Assembly (NCBI GenBank): GCA_051294905.1 | Contig: CM119384.1 | Span: 7,130,001-7,194,000, forward strand | Direction of reading: 5' to 3' | DNA from: Botryllus schlosseri | Taxonomy: Eukaryota | DNA length: 64,000 nt | Shown here: in pieces, positions 24,001-46,558 of the stretch | Position numbering within the stretch: the stretch's first letter is position 1 | How the letters are laid out: each line of letters opens with the position of its first letter | Program-made: the position numbers and the translations under genes | The notes under the pieces: generated by a model | What the model saw: only the letters and a program-made list of their open reading frames with translations | Databases searched by the model: none | What the model was told of the DNA's origin: nothing

Positions 24001-27000
24001 AACTGTCGTTTTTCATTGTGTTGCATGCTCAAACGTGACGCAATCGTTGCAAGTTTCGGGAACTGGAGTTTTAACTGAGTTTTGATAGAGATTTTGTTGG
24101 CCGGTAGATAGTTAAGGATTTTTAGACTGTGATTGAAAATTTTCATTGGACGAGCGAGCAAATCTCCGATGACCGATCAAAAATTTTTGTCCTACTCAAA
24201 AATGTTTCCAGCGCATTTACAGGCATATGCACTCTCAAACAATACATTCATTGAGGCTTTATATTCATTTTATTTGTATTATTTTAACTTTATTATTTAT
24301 ATATTTGGCTACCGGTATAAATTATAACTAATTTGTAGTTGTGTTAACAATGTCGTTTTATAAATCTCTCTTTATATTGTTTTATTTCATTTTTAATTTT
24401 AATATTCAACTATTTTACCACAAGGAAAATCATTTTTCTTGACAGTGGATAACAGCCTCGCCTCGAGAAAAAATCTCATCGATTTCTACCTGGACGTACC
24501 TGAAGATCTCGTGGATCGCACCGCCACGTTACTCAGTAGAAATCAACGCGCCGTCAGTGGCATGTCGACGCGCGACGGACAGGCAATCTCTCTCGGTACG
24601 GCCGGGGCTCTCGCAGTATGGAAAGCAGAGTATGTTTGTAATCATATTATGCTTTCACATTCACTTGATAACGTGATACCCCAGGCACGAGGAGATACGA
24701 CTGATGATCGAATTGCTACTTCAACGCGGCGCCAGTCCCAATAAAAGCGGAGTTCCCATGTATCCTCTGTTTTTCGCCGTTAAAGCCGGGGATACCGACA
24801 CAATTCGTTTGCTGCTATGGAAAAGTGCTTCGACTGAGGCAAGGATTTCAAAATTGGTGAGACTGGAAATTTATCAAGGCTTGAATTCGCGATCCACAAC
24901 CCTGAAAACAATATGCAGTCTCATGTATACACCATTCTTGTAAATATTTCTTTTGAATATGGTATGCTACATTTTGGGCACTTAGTAGATAAACTCACTA
25001 CTTACAAGCAATATTTCATGTATAATATAATATGCTCATTGCTCATATCATAAAATATCTTTCAGCTTGGAGGATTCACTCCCCTTCACATTGGCTGCGC
25101 TATTCCTGGTAAAGAAGGGGTCCTTGCCGTACAGCTTCTGCTGAAGGCAGGAAGCAATCCAAACGCCACTGCCCAGGATGATGACGTTAGCCACGATAAA
25201 ACTAATGCATCGGTATGCAGGAATATCTGAATTTCGTGTCAGCCTATGCTGTCTTTTCATAACAATGAAATATTGTACTGTATTTTCAAACTAATCTATT
25301 CGTTTTACATTGCTATTAATTTACCATCACAATAAATTATATAACTAGTCCGAAATTAGGCATCATAAAGTGGATTTGTACCTCCTGTCACTCTAGATCT
25401 GTTTTCTTTCTTGTGCAGCTTCACAAAACTTGTAGGATTCTGTAGAATAGTGAAGAATTCAACACCATAAATGTGTCAATAATAGCAGTATCAGTCGAAA
25501 TCACAAAACATTAGTTTGGAAATGCTTTTCGATGTTTGGGTGTAAATCAACTCTGAAATAGTTTTGTCATAAAATCTATGCAGCTTATCCTATACTCTTT
25601 TATTTACCACAAAGTTGTTTTGATTTCATTTCATTCCCAAATATTGAAGATATGATATTGGTGGTGAGCAATGTTGTCATTTCTATGGATATTAAATCTA
25701 GGCATGCGTACGAAATTGCAATATTGGTCAATCACTGAAATCTGTGTTAATTTTTACAATCCTGATTGTTTATTGCAAACTATCAGAAACAAAACAGTCA
25801 TTCAAAATATATAAGATACCATCACATCCCTACACAGTGCGCAATCCTTTGGTACCAAGTAAAATCAAGCGGTGGAGCTGTGTCTATATGCTGTGGGCTC
25901 GTCGCTTTTATCAGCAGACAGACGCCATGTACTGACTTCGAAATCAGTCAATATCAATTTATTCAGGACATCATGAGCGACATATCTTCTCTGAAGAAGG
26001 CAGGGTCAACGCAGTGGGTCTCCGAAGGTTTGAAGGACGTTGAAGAAGGCGGGAGAACGCCGCTGCATATCGCCTGTGACAGAGACGATGATTATAAGGT
26101 AGCTATAACAGACTGCTATTTATTCAAACTGTTCATACGGCGTCTTTATGAAAAAGACCAGATAACTGGTTCTAACGCAGAAAAGCAGCAACAACGTTCT
26201 TAAATATTGCCCACCATCGTTGTGTCCTAGCCTACTTGTAAATCTCGAGCACGGTCGGTTGGAAGTAATTTACACACCTTTCTAAAATACTTTGATTTTT
26301 AGCTTGCCTGTCAGGTCGTGCGTGAACTGCTGGAAAATGGCGCTGATCCTGATGTGATTTGGAGCGGGCATTCCCCACTTTCCTTGGCTGTTGCGTCTGG
26401 CAATGATCTGGTAAGTTAAATCTGTCTTTACGGCACACGCTATGAGGGCTATCAATTTGAGATGACATCGACCTAATAGCAAAATACCAGCATCCCGAAC
26501 AATGTCGCCGTGGAACGTAACTGGACACGACGCGTGTTATTTTTTGGAACTGTACTTACATATAGTCAGTAGTTTGTGGTACAGAACTTGAAAATTGCTC
26601 TCATCACAACATCTATTGTAAGAATACATTTATTATAACTCGAGAGACGCGTGCCTCTCTGTTCAAATCCTTTTTGTGTGCCGATAACTCTTGATGCTAG
26701 GCACCCGATAAGTCAATCTGTTCTTGCAATACATGTCATGATGGGAGTATAGACTTTGGTATTCGTCTTTCTTAAATATAGCTCGCTTTTAATTTTATCG
26801 AAAATAATACAGCCTCATATCTGTATCGTTTCCTTGCCGATAAGGCAAGATCTAGCTGAATTTCGAAGCATAGTCTTGATATTCGATTATTCGATGTGTA
26901 AGGATATTTATATTTATGGTGACGCTTTTTGCATTTGCTCTCTCTACTAACAGGCGATCGAAGAGTTACTGAAGTTCGGTGCTGATGCGAGTCTACCATT

Positions 27001-30000
27001 GAAACACGGTGTCGGTAACGCACTTTGCGCCGCTGCAAACACACAGTACGAGCATCGGCGGTCTCCTGATGACAGGATCAAACTTGTAAGTAGATGAAGA
27101 TTTGGATTGTTTGTCTCATTCACTGCTCATGAACTTAAATTAAATTCCTTTGGCATAAAAACAAACTCTTTTGATAAATCTCTAAACTCAAGGATTATCC
27201 TATTAAAAAAGTTTGAATTAACATATCCGAATTCTAAATCCATAATGTATTAGCCATCCACAGCCACCTATGCGTTATTGCTGTGTCAACAGGACTTGAA
27301 AACCATCTCATTTAAACAAAGAATAACCTATCTTCAGCACACTTTCTCTTTGTAAAGTTTTATTTACGTTCACAACACTGTGCTATTTATGGTTGATTTA
27401 TGCTTGCTATTGATTCTGATTCCTAAACATATCCAAACATACATACATCATCAAATGTGCTTGATCAAATGATGGTTTTTAATATGGCCACTTCTTGATT
27501 CAATCATTGATGCTGAAGATTATCGGGAATTAACCTTATGAGTGTTTAGCATTTACTTTTGTGATGAATCTTATGTATCAAATCATTCTTACATGATGAC
27601 TTGAAGCTTTTCATATTAACATAGGTGTTTCTATTTGTCTGTTACCAACTGATGTTTAACAAATATGTATCGTCTTCATTTATTATGCCTTTAAAACTTG
27701 CACTAATTTTTTAAAGAAGCATCTCATCCGAGGAATTGAACATACACGCTGTTGGTCTGGGAACTTGTAGATTCACACTTCATTTTGTCATATGTTCCAA
27801 GGTGGATACATTGGTGAATAATGGCGCCAGTATGCTGTCGCCGATTATATTTGGACCGAAGCAAGCCTCTGGCACAGTGGTAGACTACGCTCATTGGATG
27901 TTCGGAAAAGACGCCAGGATAGCGCATACTCCATATCATGCGCTTACTTACCAGGTATGCCAATCTATCAAGCAATGTGTCGCTCGTATTTTATCAATGT
28001 ATTCATCACAACATGCTCACTTCAATCTCACTATCATCGCTTCAAAACACAACAAGATTACGATACAGTAAAAATATGGGAAAAGTGAAATGATACAGTC
28101 ATGCTTGACCTCATTTGTATTGTTCAACGTTTGAATTCTGTAATGAGACATTGAATAATATATCCATATTGAAATAAACCGGAATATTTTTGGTTGACAC
28201 TCATCGGGCTAATTGTCAGCAACTAGTAGAGAATATTGTATATCAACTGTCGTACCGCCAAATATCACGTCAATAATTAAGGCAGATGGCTTAAGCAATG
28301 AAACATTTGAAAAATACCAGTATCTTTACACCGTCGGTGTGACAAAAACATTGGTTTACCATATCAGCATTTGAAATTTTTGCATTTTTGCATATGCTAA
28401 ATTGCCGCTTTGCACCCGACTTTTGACTATTTCACAGGAGAGAGATACGTATAACGCTAGAAAAAAGTTGCTCTCTCATTTCGGTAACTTGCTTCGCGAA
28501 GCTGCCGTCAAAGAAGAACGAGTCAAATTGCGACAGGAATCGAGATACGGCATCAGAAGTAAGCGCAAAAGTATTCGACCAAACTACGTCTTTAACAAGT
28601 TTCCATTGCAAAAGTAGGCCTACTCAAAATCGCAAGGACCTTTGAAATGTTCTCATAAACTCATGGTGTAGTAGGTTGACAGACACTTCTCTTTGTCGCG
28701 ATTCATGATTGCCGCTCTTATGCATTTATTCGATTTTCGTCTCAGCGAAAGTGCTACTTCAAAAACTGTGGCAGGACATGGATCAGGGCGATCAGAAATT
28801 GAAGCTTAGAAAGTATATTGTGAACGACGAGTTAGCGGAAGGCAGCGTGTCGGACCTCGATTTTGGAGAGTGCGAGGAGGAAGAGTAAGTGCAGTCAGGG
28901 CAGGTATTTGAAACGACAGTGTGGCGCGCGGGATCAGTCTTGGATTTTCATCGCCAGGGTAGGGACCGTTCTTGATCAGAGCTTTTGTGAGATAGTGTAT
29001 CTCAGCAACGATATTGATACGAAAAATAATAGCAAGGGTATTAGACCGGCACTCGATGGGAGCCAGTAACTTTATAATCTGATACCAAATCTATCGGGCA
29101 TCTTGATTTGAGCTGTTGGGTTTATTATTAATAATTTTATCATTTCAAAAATATCACAAGATCGAGGTACAGTGATAAGAAGGTGCCGAAGCGACTTGGA
29201 GTAGTCTTTAAAGTCTTCACTGGTAAATACAGTTTTATTTGTAAGGTCACATCCTTCTTTCAGTTTGACTCAGTGCTGGGATCAAGTCACTACCTTTGAG
29301 TCACAAGTCATCTCGAGTCATTGTACATTTTGACTCAAGTCACGAGTCTACTCACAATTCAAGTCAAATTTTCGAAGTATGAAGGTCGATTCAAAGTCAT
29401 GACAAGAAATGCCTCGATCTTTGAAATGAGAATACAGGCTTTTATTGGAATTGGTCTTCCACTGTAAAGCGGAATGGGAAGCGGATTTTTTTTCAAATAT
29501 CAATCCAATGGCATGCCGGCTCTGGCAATAGCCTCGCAAAGCCCTAAGATAGGCACCGTCCCGTTCGCATTCTGACTCTTTCCAACGTTCAGGTACGAGC
29601 CCAAGCCGGAACAAGCAATTCCTTTATACCGGGGCGGGAGCAAAATTATCGGCAGCTCCATCATCAAGCACTCCTCTACCAGCGTTAATCGAATCTCCGC
29701 GAAACGCAGCGAGCTTTATTAAGGACGAAGTGGACTCGAAAATGACCAGGCCAGATTCCGAGTAAGTTCAAAAACGATGACACGTGAGAAATTACGATTG
29801 TGTCTTGGACAAATTAGAAATATGACATATACATATATTTAGGATGGATGTAAAGAGGCTTTGTCATCAGAGGTGGTCAGTAACGAAGTACTCAAGTAGT
29901 TTTCCTCTACTTCCGGTACTTACTCAAGTAGATCTTTTTTCACTACTTTTCTCTATTTTCAGATTGTCAAGTAGAAGTCGTCTAATATCTCAATAAGAAA

Positions 30001-33000
30001 GATAGCGGAAGGAATTTCGGGCTGTTTTCACGTAGAGTACCAACATTTAATTTACATAAAATCATGAAATACCCGGAATCTTCGTTGGGCTTCGCACACG
30101 GTAGTTATAGAGTGACAAATATGTTTTAACGAAAGTATCACTGAATTTAATTTCGATACCGGGTTGCGTTCAAACAGCATTGTCGCCTATATCAAATATT
30201 TCATCACAGTAAGTATAACCCCACATCGTTTGAAACTACCGTTTCGCAATCCACCTATTACTAATTCTACCTAGCAGCCCATGACGTGTCTTAATCTGGA
30301 AAAGTGGACTTTGACTTTTTCAACGTTAAACCTGTTTTAGCAGACCACCGATGAAACTTTCTGGACAAAAGACATGAAATATAATTTCCGCTTTTTTAGA
30401 AGTAGTATTTGTATTTTTCTTTCAATTACGAGTATTATACCTTGAGTTCTAATTATAGCTTCAGTACTTTTGTCTGTAGAACATCCATGTTGAAGTATAA
30501 AAGCAAGTGTAGTAATGCCTTATAATTTCCGAAAATAAAGCTATACACTATACTATATGGGATTTTTACAAACTGCCATATTTTTAATTAACGTAAACTA
30601 ATCGCGCAAAGTGTTAAAGCCGTAACCGACACAACTTCTACGTATTGCTCTTCGACTGAATTAGGCGCCTTTTAATATTGGGGAGGGCGCCATGCCATGA
30701 TATTCTCCAAATGGGGTATTCGGGTAAACAAAGGATTAGTATCGCGTTTCCATATCAATACTATCATTTACATCCCATGATGTGGACGACTGATTATTCT
30801 GTCAAAAATTGACACTTCCGGGGATGTACCAATATGAATCAAGCTCACTACACATTCCGCATAGCTCCATTTGCAGCTTTTGACAGTCTATGCGAACGAA
30901 TAACGATAGTTTTCACTACCTACTTACTTGAGTAGATTTAAAGTCAGTTAAATCTACTTCAAGTAGTTTTAGGTTGCTTATGTGAGAAGTACTTCTACTC
31001 GTACTTGAGTAGATTTTTTCGTCGCTACTTCTACTTGAGTAGCTTTCTTGACTACTTTGACCACCTCTGTTTGTCATCCCTATCTCTTGACAATGTCATC
31101 ATATATTATTGTCAGATATTGCGTAAGATTGGGTTAGGCTAAGTAAAGGGATGATTTGGTTAGGTTAGTGTGGTGGTTCAGTAACCCAACCTAACCGAAC
31201 TCTACCCTAACCCAACGCCAAAATATATAATGACATCGACAAAGTATATGTGACATCGCCACCTTGTATATTTATACTTATAATTTTATTCAATGTCATG
31301 TGCTACTTATAATTATGGCTGCATAAATATGTCAATTAGCAATATGAATTAGCAATCTTTTACCGGAACTACAATTTGGTACCATTTTAATCCTATCTCA
31401 AACAGAATAAGTAGAGACGATAACTTTTTAAGTATCATTACTGACCTTCGTTCCCTATGTGCAAATATAGGCTATTCATTGTATCGTCTCAAAGTGTTTG
31501 CTGGACGTTTTAAGATAACATAACTGCTTTAACCTTAAGTTGATGCATATATCGAGCCATTTTTCATATCACATTTTGATGTCCTTTAATGTACCAAGCT
31601 GTTGGTTGGCTTTTACCTAGTTCAAAACTACTATGACATTCTAACCATTTTTAGAATCTCTTGGTGCCAGACAATTACCTATTATTAGGTACTTGACGTT
31701 CTTTCCCTTCAGTCACAATATTACGGATATTGTTTAGGAGATACCCAATTCACCACCGCATAAGTAGGGTTTATATTTTATTGCGTTGCATAACTTTTTT
31801 CAATTTGTAGAATTTCACGTTCTCACTCGGAAATTGGTTTGAAACCTAGTAAATCCAAGACCATCAGAGGCAGAAAAGGATCTGGTCCTATTAGGTAAGA
31901 TCGTCTTATTATGGATATCATTAGAAATATGCCAAAAGCACAATTTCTGTCATACCTACTCTATAACTCTAATTGTAAAGCATAGAAATATTTAAAATCC
32001 TTGTACTGTGGCTAGCGTTGGGACCCCGGGAAATCCCGATCCCGGGATTTGAAGCAATCCCGATCCCGGGATTACTCCCAATGAAATCCCGGGATTTGTA
32101 AACAGCAGGTACCAAGGCTTACGTATGTCCAATATCTCTTTTTTGGGTAATAAAGCAGTGTCACAAATTCGGCTGATTGTCTAAAACAGTGGTCTCTAAC
32201 ACGCGAGAACATTTTTCGCAGCCCACGTCGGCATTTTGACTTTTCGAGTATCCGACAATATTTGACTGGGAAATTTCTTATTTCCGATTTGAGAACCTAA
32301 AATTCACTCTAAAACCACTTCAAAAACCTGAATCGCTATCACACGTGAAAAGTCCGCTAGCTGCGAAGTTATAACGCGACCGCTTTTACGATGACATGAT
32401 GCATTTGTCGTCTAGCATGGTGTCTAACTGTCTATAACTCATTATTTCGCCAAATTAAGCCAAGCAACAATATTTAAAAATAAGTTATCGTGGCAAACGT
32501 GAATATTACAAGAGTCAATCACATTTTCACAATGTGTATGGAATGCTCGTCTGCAAGGTCCGTCAAATAAGGCATACTCAGAAATACATATTATGCCCCT
32601 ATTTGATGCTGCGACCCGCCGTGTCATCAGAAACTACGAAATAGGCCCGCGAGCAAGTTTTAGTTTGAGACCCCTATTCTAAACGACGATACTCGTGATG
32701 CTCTTATGTTTTTGCGTCATTATCACAAGGAATAAATGTTTTTTGTGTAACTCTTATGTGCATTTTACTACTTTTCTAATCCCGGGAAATCCCGGGATTG
32801 AGAAGCGAAAATCCCGATCCCGGGATTTTAAATTTGATCCCGAAGTCCCAAACCTAACTGTGGCGTTGTCTTGGATGTTAGTAGACTTGGTCAAACCACA
32901 GTACCACTACGTGCGATCTGAATAAATTGGATTCCGCTTTCTCAAAATTTTTATATATACTGAATTACTGATTGGTTCATGTGTATCTTTGTTTAGAAAA

Positions 33001-34096
33001 CCATTATTTCGTTATTGTTATGAATGCGGCCGTTCTGTTGGTGTTCGTTTGACTGTATGTACACGATGTAAGGAAGTATACTATTGTAGCCGATCTTGTA
33101 AACTCAAGGCGTGGGAAGAGAGACACAAGGGCGAATGTCTTCGAATTAAAGGTAATGGAAGCTTCAGATATCAGAATCAGACATATTGACATCAAACTCA
33201 ACCAACCATATCTTGTTGTATTGCTGTAGTATTTTTACTGCGTAAACGTATTTTGGTTGCAGACTAGTATCGTTTTGTTTTTGTGGTATTTGTGGCATCG
33301 ACCAGTGGTCATTTACACCGATATTCTTCATTATATTCCGTATCTGCCGACTTGTAGCATGGATAGGAGCATAGATGAACCCTGAACACTTGGAGAGATA
33401 TTCTGTAGACGACCTCGAACCCATAATCAATTGGTGTTGCGGCTGTGGACAATGCCACTATGCTATCTCGGCACAGAAGAATGAGTTTGACGTTTCACAA
33501 TTCCTTTCATTCCATCCACAGATCGCCTAAACTGCGTCACCCCATCGCCCGAAGAGATTGCGTCATACTTTACCGTTCAAACTCTGAAAGAAGCGATGTC
33601 TGTCGGGGATGCTCACATGGATAGCGTTAAAATTTTGCCGAAGGGCATTATTGGAAATCCCGAGTTCTTCCCGGATGCCAGTTCGCAACAATTCAAGTCG
33701 CATGCTGCCAGCAACGCCAAAGCTAATACCAAGTCGCCGAAGAAAACAACTTCATTACCCAGCTCCAAGATCCATCGCCGTCAGCTAAAGTATGTACTGC
33801 CTTGAATAAGTGTTGCATTATACTTGGTGTGTATACAATTTAGTAGCTAGCTACTCGATTTAATGTCTGCTGATCGATCGATTGTAAGCTGCGTGCTGTA
33901 TCCAAATTTCGAGTAAATAGAATGTATTTGTTATAACTTCCATCATCTTGACACATATTGTCATTGCAGATCGACTCGAAAAAAAGCTAACATCGGTTCC
34001 GCCATGGAAAATAAAGTTGGAAAAGAAGTCTATTTCGGCACCACTGGAATGACATTGGCAGAACTTGGCATTAAAGAAAATTATAGTTTCGAGTGA
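18083..34096 (+). CDS. ANKMY1: Ankyrin repeat and MYND domain protein 1 with N-terminal MORN repeats, ~1266 aa
   Basis: Exons 18083-18095 (tentative), 19185-19567, 22385-23750, 24446-24629, 24685-24856, 25066-25212, 25967-26098, 26303-26410, 26954-27085, 27802-27954, 28438-28558, 28746-28884, 29006-29037 (tentative), 29593-29761, 32997-33151, 33522-33789, 33970-34096; sum 3801 nt, in frame. MORN (YEG.F..D.RHG.G), ankyrin ([18 protein letters not shown]), MYND (CYECGRS...[27 protein letters not shown]). Confidence 0.93.
19882..21318. mobile_element. Non-autonomous hAT element with GACTCGAGTC/GACTT subterminal repeats
   Basis: TIR CAGTGTTGGGA / TCCCAACACTG; perfect 8-bp TSD CTTCGATG at 19874-19881 and 21319-21326. 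Family remnants at 29270-29400, 40460-40520 and 60270-61205. Confidence 0.93.
20237..20765. mobile_element. Foldback MITE (TATTGAAGTTCTGTACCTCCAAGAAGCT family) nested in the hAT element
   Basis: Near-perfect ~173-bp arms 20237-20409 / 20559-20731. Other copies at ~12344-12517, 15535-15662, 17430-17510, 28160-28270, 47935-48136 and 61515-61670. Confidence 0.88.
21600..22040. mobile_element. Internally deleted copy of the repeat family at 63200-64000
   Basis: Shares TTTGACAAAATTTTG, CATTACGCATTATGGTG.AAATAATTAAAA and ATGGGCCGTCTACAACGGTAGGCCTATAAAGTAGGCTA blocks with 63200-64000. Confidence 0.8.
29868..31069. mobile_element. Non-autonomous hAT element (CAGAGGTGGTCA TIR, TACTTGAGTA repeats)
   Basis: TIR CAGAGGTGGTCA / TGACCACCTCTG; perfect TSD TTTGTCAT at 29860-29867 and 31070-31077. 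Inserted into the arm of an older TTAGG-core foldback (~29846-31260). Confidence 0.93.
32013..32856. mobile_element. Non-autonomous hAT element (ATCCCGGGAT repeats) carrying a nested Charlie-like MITE (32187-32676)
   Basis: TIR TAGCGTTGGGAC / GTCCCAAACCTA; perfect TSD ACTGTGGC. Inner element CAGTGGTCTCTAAC...GTTTGAGACCCCTA with flanks GTCTAAAA / TTCTAAAC. Confidence 0.9.
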
Positions 34097-35544
34097 TTTT
34101 CATATTTTTGTATTACAAGTTTTTGATATATTATATATATTCATACGTAGTGATTAATTGTAGGCAATGTGCCAAATGCATATATATATAAAATATCAGT
34201 CATTCATTCATAACTGCGTTTTGTTGCTGAGTCCTACGTATCATACACAGGCCTAATCTACATAGACATCTGTAATTCCTCAGAAGACATGCTACCGGTG
34301 ATAGTAACGCACATAGTTGATACTGCAAGTAAATACATATATTGTAAATGTAGACAACAGTTAATTGTTACATCCAACATCCGGACTCCGACGAGGGTAC
34401 AGAACATATAACTGGACATTTAGTATATAAATATACTCGGCAACATGCATTGAAATTCACAACGTTGGTAGATTGCATCAAAATAACCGTGCTAGATCGG
34501 TGAGAATATGTTGAAGAAGATTCACTCCATTCAAACCCCGTCAGATCAAAATGAATGGTTACCACGTTACACGAGCACTATTACAATTCAAGACGGTCAA
34601 TACAAATGCCGCTGATGCGGTACCGCAGTGGCTACAATTTACCACCTACGTGAGAAAATATGTTAAATAATTCGTTACACGCGTCCCCTTTCAGTCTGTC
34701 CGTAGACAGCAAAAAGAAACCCAAGAAATAGGCCATTGCCATTTTAGATACAAGTAGTAACATATGTCGCCACATAAGTAAAACATGGCCTTCATATATC
34801 CTGTTATAAAGCTATGTTAAATTGCTACCAATTCTATTTGTAGTGACAGTTATTTTACGAAATCAGCGAATAACGAAGAAACAAAAGCTGAAAAACTATT
34901 TGACGACAGTAGAGACGGCCTTCCCAGTACGATATAGCCTGCTGACCGCCTGCCGAAAGAGAACACATCATCGTAGACATTGTGATACAATCCGAAATGA
35001 AAAATGTGACAATAGATATCAATATCTACTGAAGTTTTTATCCACGATAGACAGGTTTGGCACATTGATCATTTTATCATGTATCAAACTATTTTGTACT
35101 TATCACTTGCACGCGCCCGCTTGTTACGGCACGCGTAGGCCGATCAGTAGTGCTACACAATGACAGACATTAGAGAGCGTCGTTGGTCAAAAATTCAAAA
35201 CTAGCCTCAATCTGTAACAAAATAAAGTGTGGCCGATAACGTTCTCAACCAGGTAGGGTGGATACCGTGTGTAATGCAGATTGCAGAGTGACGTAGCGCC
35301 GTCAACCTCCATACATTCGCAAGCACATGAAAGCACGACTAGATAACAAGAGAAAGAAAAATATTTCGCTAAAACCGTTTTGATATAGTTACTTTACAAG
35401 TTACGTATCCGGAAAGCAGCCGTCGCGTGACACATGATTTCATTGTCATCGGCGCTTTGGATTGTCGCATATTTCCAGGCACGGGATTTTTATCAGATAT
35501 GTAAGAGGGGTTGAGAACAGTTTTCTTGTCGTATTGAACTAGAG

Positions 35545-44835
<9,291 letters not shown>

Positions 44836-45117
44836 TTTTGCAAAACGATATCCACGCAACAATAATTTTCAAGCTAGAATTCTATTTGACAAAACCAGCA
44901 TAATTTTAGTGGGTATAAATCACGATAAAATGTTGAATTGAAAACTCTACAGTCACGGTTCCATGAAAGCAGGTAAGACGAAACTCTATTCCAGCAAAAT
45001 CGGGTGACCATGTCAATCTTTAACACCAATTAAAACCAAGTAACTCAACTTCGCCACAATATTTTCACACAACAGACATCAGGCTCACATTTCGTTCACG
45101 GGATTCCGCAATCATTT

Positions 45118-45133
45118 TGACGTGATTACGTCA
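45118..45133. promoter_or_regulatory. Tandem CRE/ATF-like sites near RAB6 noncoding first exon
   Basis: TGACGTGA TTACGTCA, ~35 bp upstream (on -) of donor-like AAAT|gtgagc at ~45088. An acceptor tgtcaaatag precedes the ATG exon. Confidence 0.45.
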
Positions 45134-45939
45134 TCACTGGTTTGTCATTTTCGATGATGCATGAACATTTCAGTACCATTGAGCGTCTGAGGCTGCCTCG
45201 CTTATTTGCTCTGCTTCATCTGCTAGGTTTCAAATCGGTTTGTGTAGCTTTAAAATCAATAAAAATACGATTATAAAACGTAAAACCTATGATAATATGT
45301 TTCATGATGCAAAAATCCTTCGCTGACATCGAGTAAAGCCTGCGATCGAAGGGACGGCGCGTAACACCTCTTCGTGAAATCAAAGTTAATTCTGGCGAAG
45401 TTCCGCGGTAACACCGACGTAGTGATTCCTGACCAACTTCTTTCTAATACAAAAAAAAAACTGAAACGCAAATCCTTGGGTATGGTAATGCGCCTAAAAA
45501 TGTCGCAGCATTATGTTTTAAGTTTTTAATTACCATTCTTTTCGATATCGATATATTGCCATACACGGTGCACGATGAATTCTGATTCAGTAAGCATACT
45601 CCATTAAAACATATCTTATCAATACTAGTTGTGGGCTGGTGTTTGATTTCTGATAAGACTTCACCAAGTCGCTGACGATTTCTCCGTTTCGAAGTATTAC
45701 TGCATTTCCTTGTACCGCAGTCTTCGAATGTTCAATATATACAAAAGTGAACAAACGAACATCTGTCTGCAGATATCCTACACTACCAATGATATCATAA
45801 TTTTACTGCAATTTTTCTTAGTTCAAGATGCAACAAGCATTGCGGAAGAGCGTATAGAGTAAAACCCCTCATTGAAATGACAGTTCCACGGATGCCCGTG
45901 TAGTCCGAAAAAAAAAACGATTTACTTTCAATAGGACTA

Positions 45940-46190
45940 GCGAGATAGTGTAATGGTTATGCCTCCGGCTTCTCGAGCGGTAGGTCGTGGGTTCGATCCC
46001 CGGCCGGGTCATACCAAAGACTCGAAAATTGGTATCCGCAGCTATCCTGCTAGGTGCTCAGCAATCACGGATAGCATGGAGAAAAAAAACGGGGGCGCAG
46101 ACTAGATGACCTCATGGGGCCGTATCGCAACTCCGTCGCCAAAGCATCTCGATGTTGCAGGCGAAAAAGAATATCATATCTCTCTCTCTA
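45940..46190 (+). mobile_element. Young tRNA-derived SINE (family C), (CT)n tail
   Basis: GCGAGATAGTGTAATGGTTA...GGGTTCGATCCCCGGCCGGGTCATACCAAAGACTCG...; nearly identical to 48672-48930. Confidence 0.9.
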
Positions 46191-46558
46191 GACGAGCACA
46201 AATTTGGAGTGTTTTAACAATTACATTTCATTATTGGTCCCCCTAATGTTACACATAGAAAGCTCAACAGACTGTTACTGACCGTACCTGTCCTAACTTT
46301 TGTAATTTGAATGATTCGTGTCAACGTAACATTACAAAAAAAACAATGATAAAATAAGAGATGACTTTCTAAAATTCAGTTCAAGCAGTTCGACACTGTA
46401 CAAGGGCAATTGTACAGCATTACCAAGTTCATTTTTAATACCTCCAGCTACAACTGCAGCCTCTAACATGTACAATTGTACGAATCACCAAAATCTGATT
46501 TATTCTGTATAAAATTACAGCAGCACAACAACAACATAACGAAATTATCAAGACGAGT

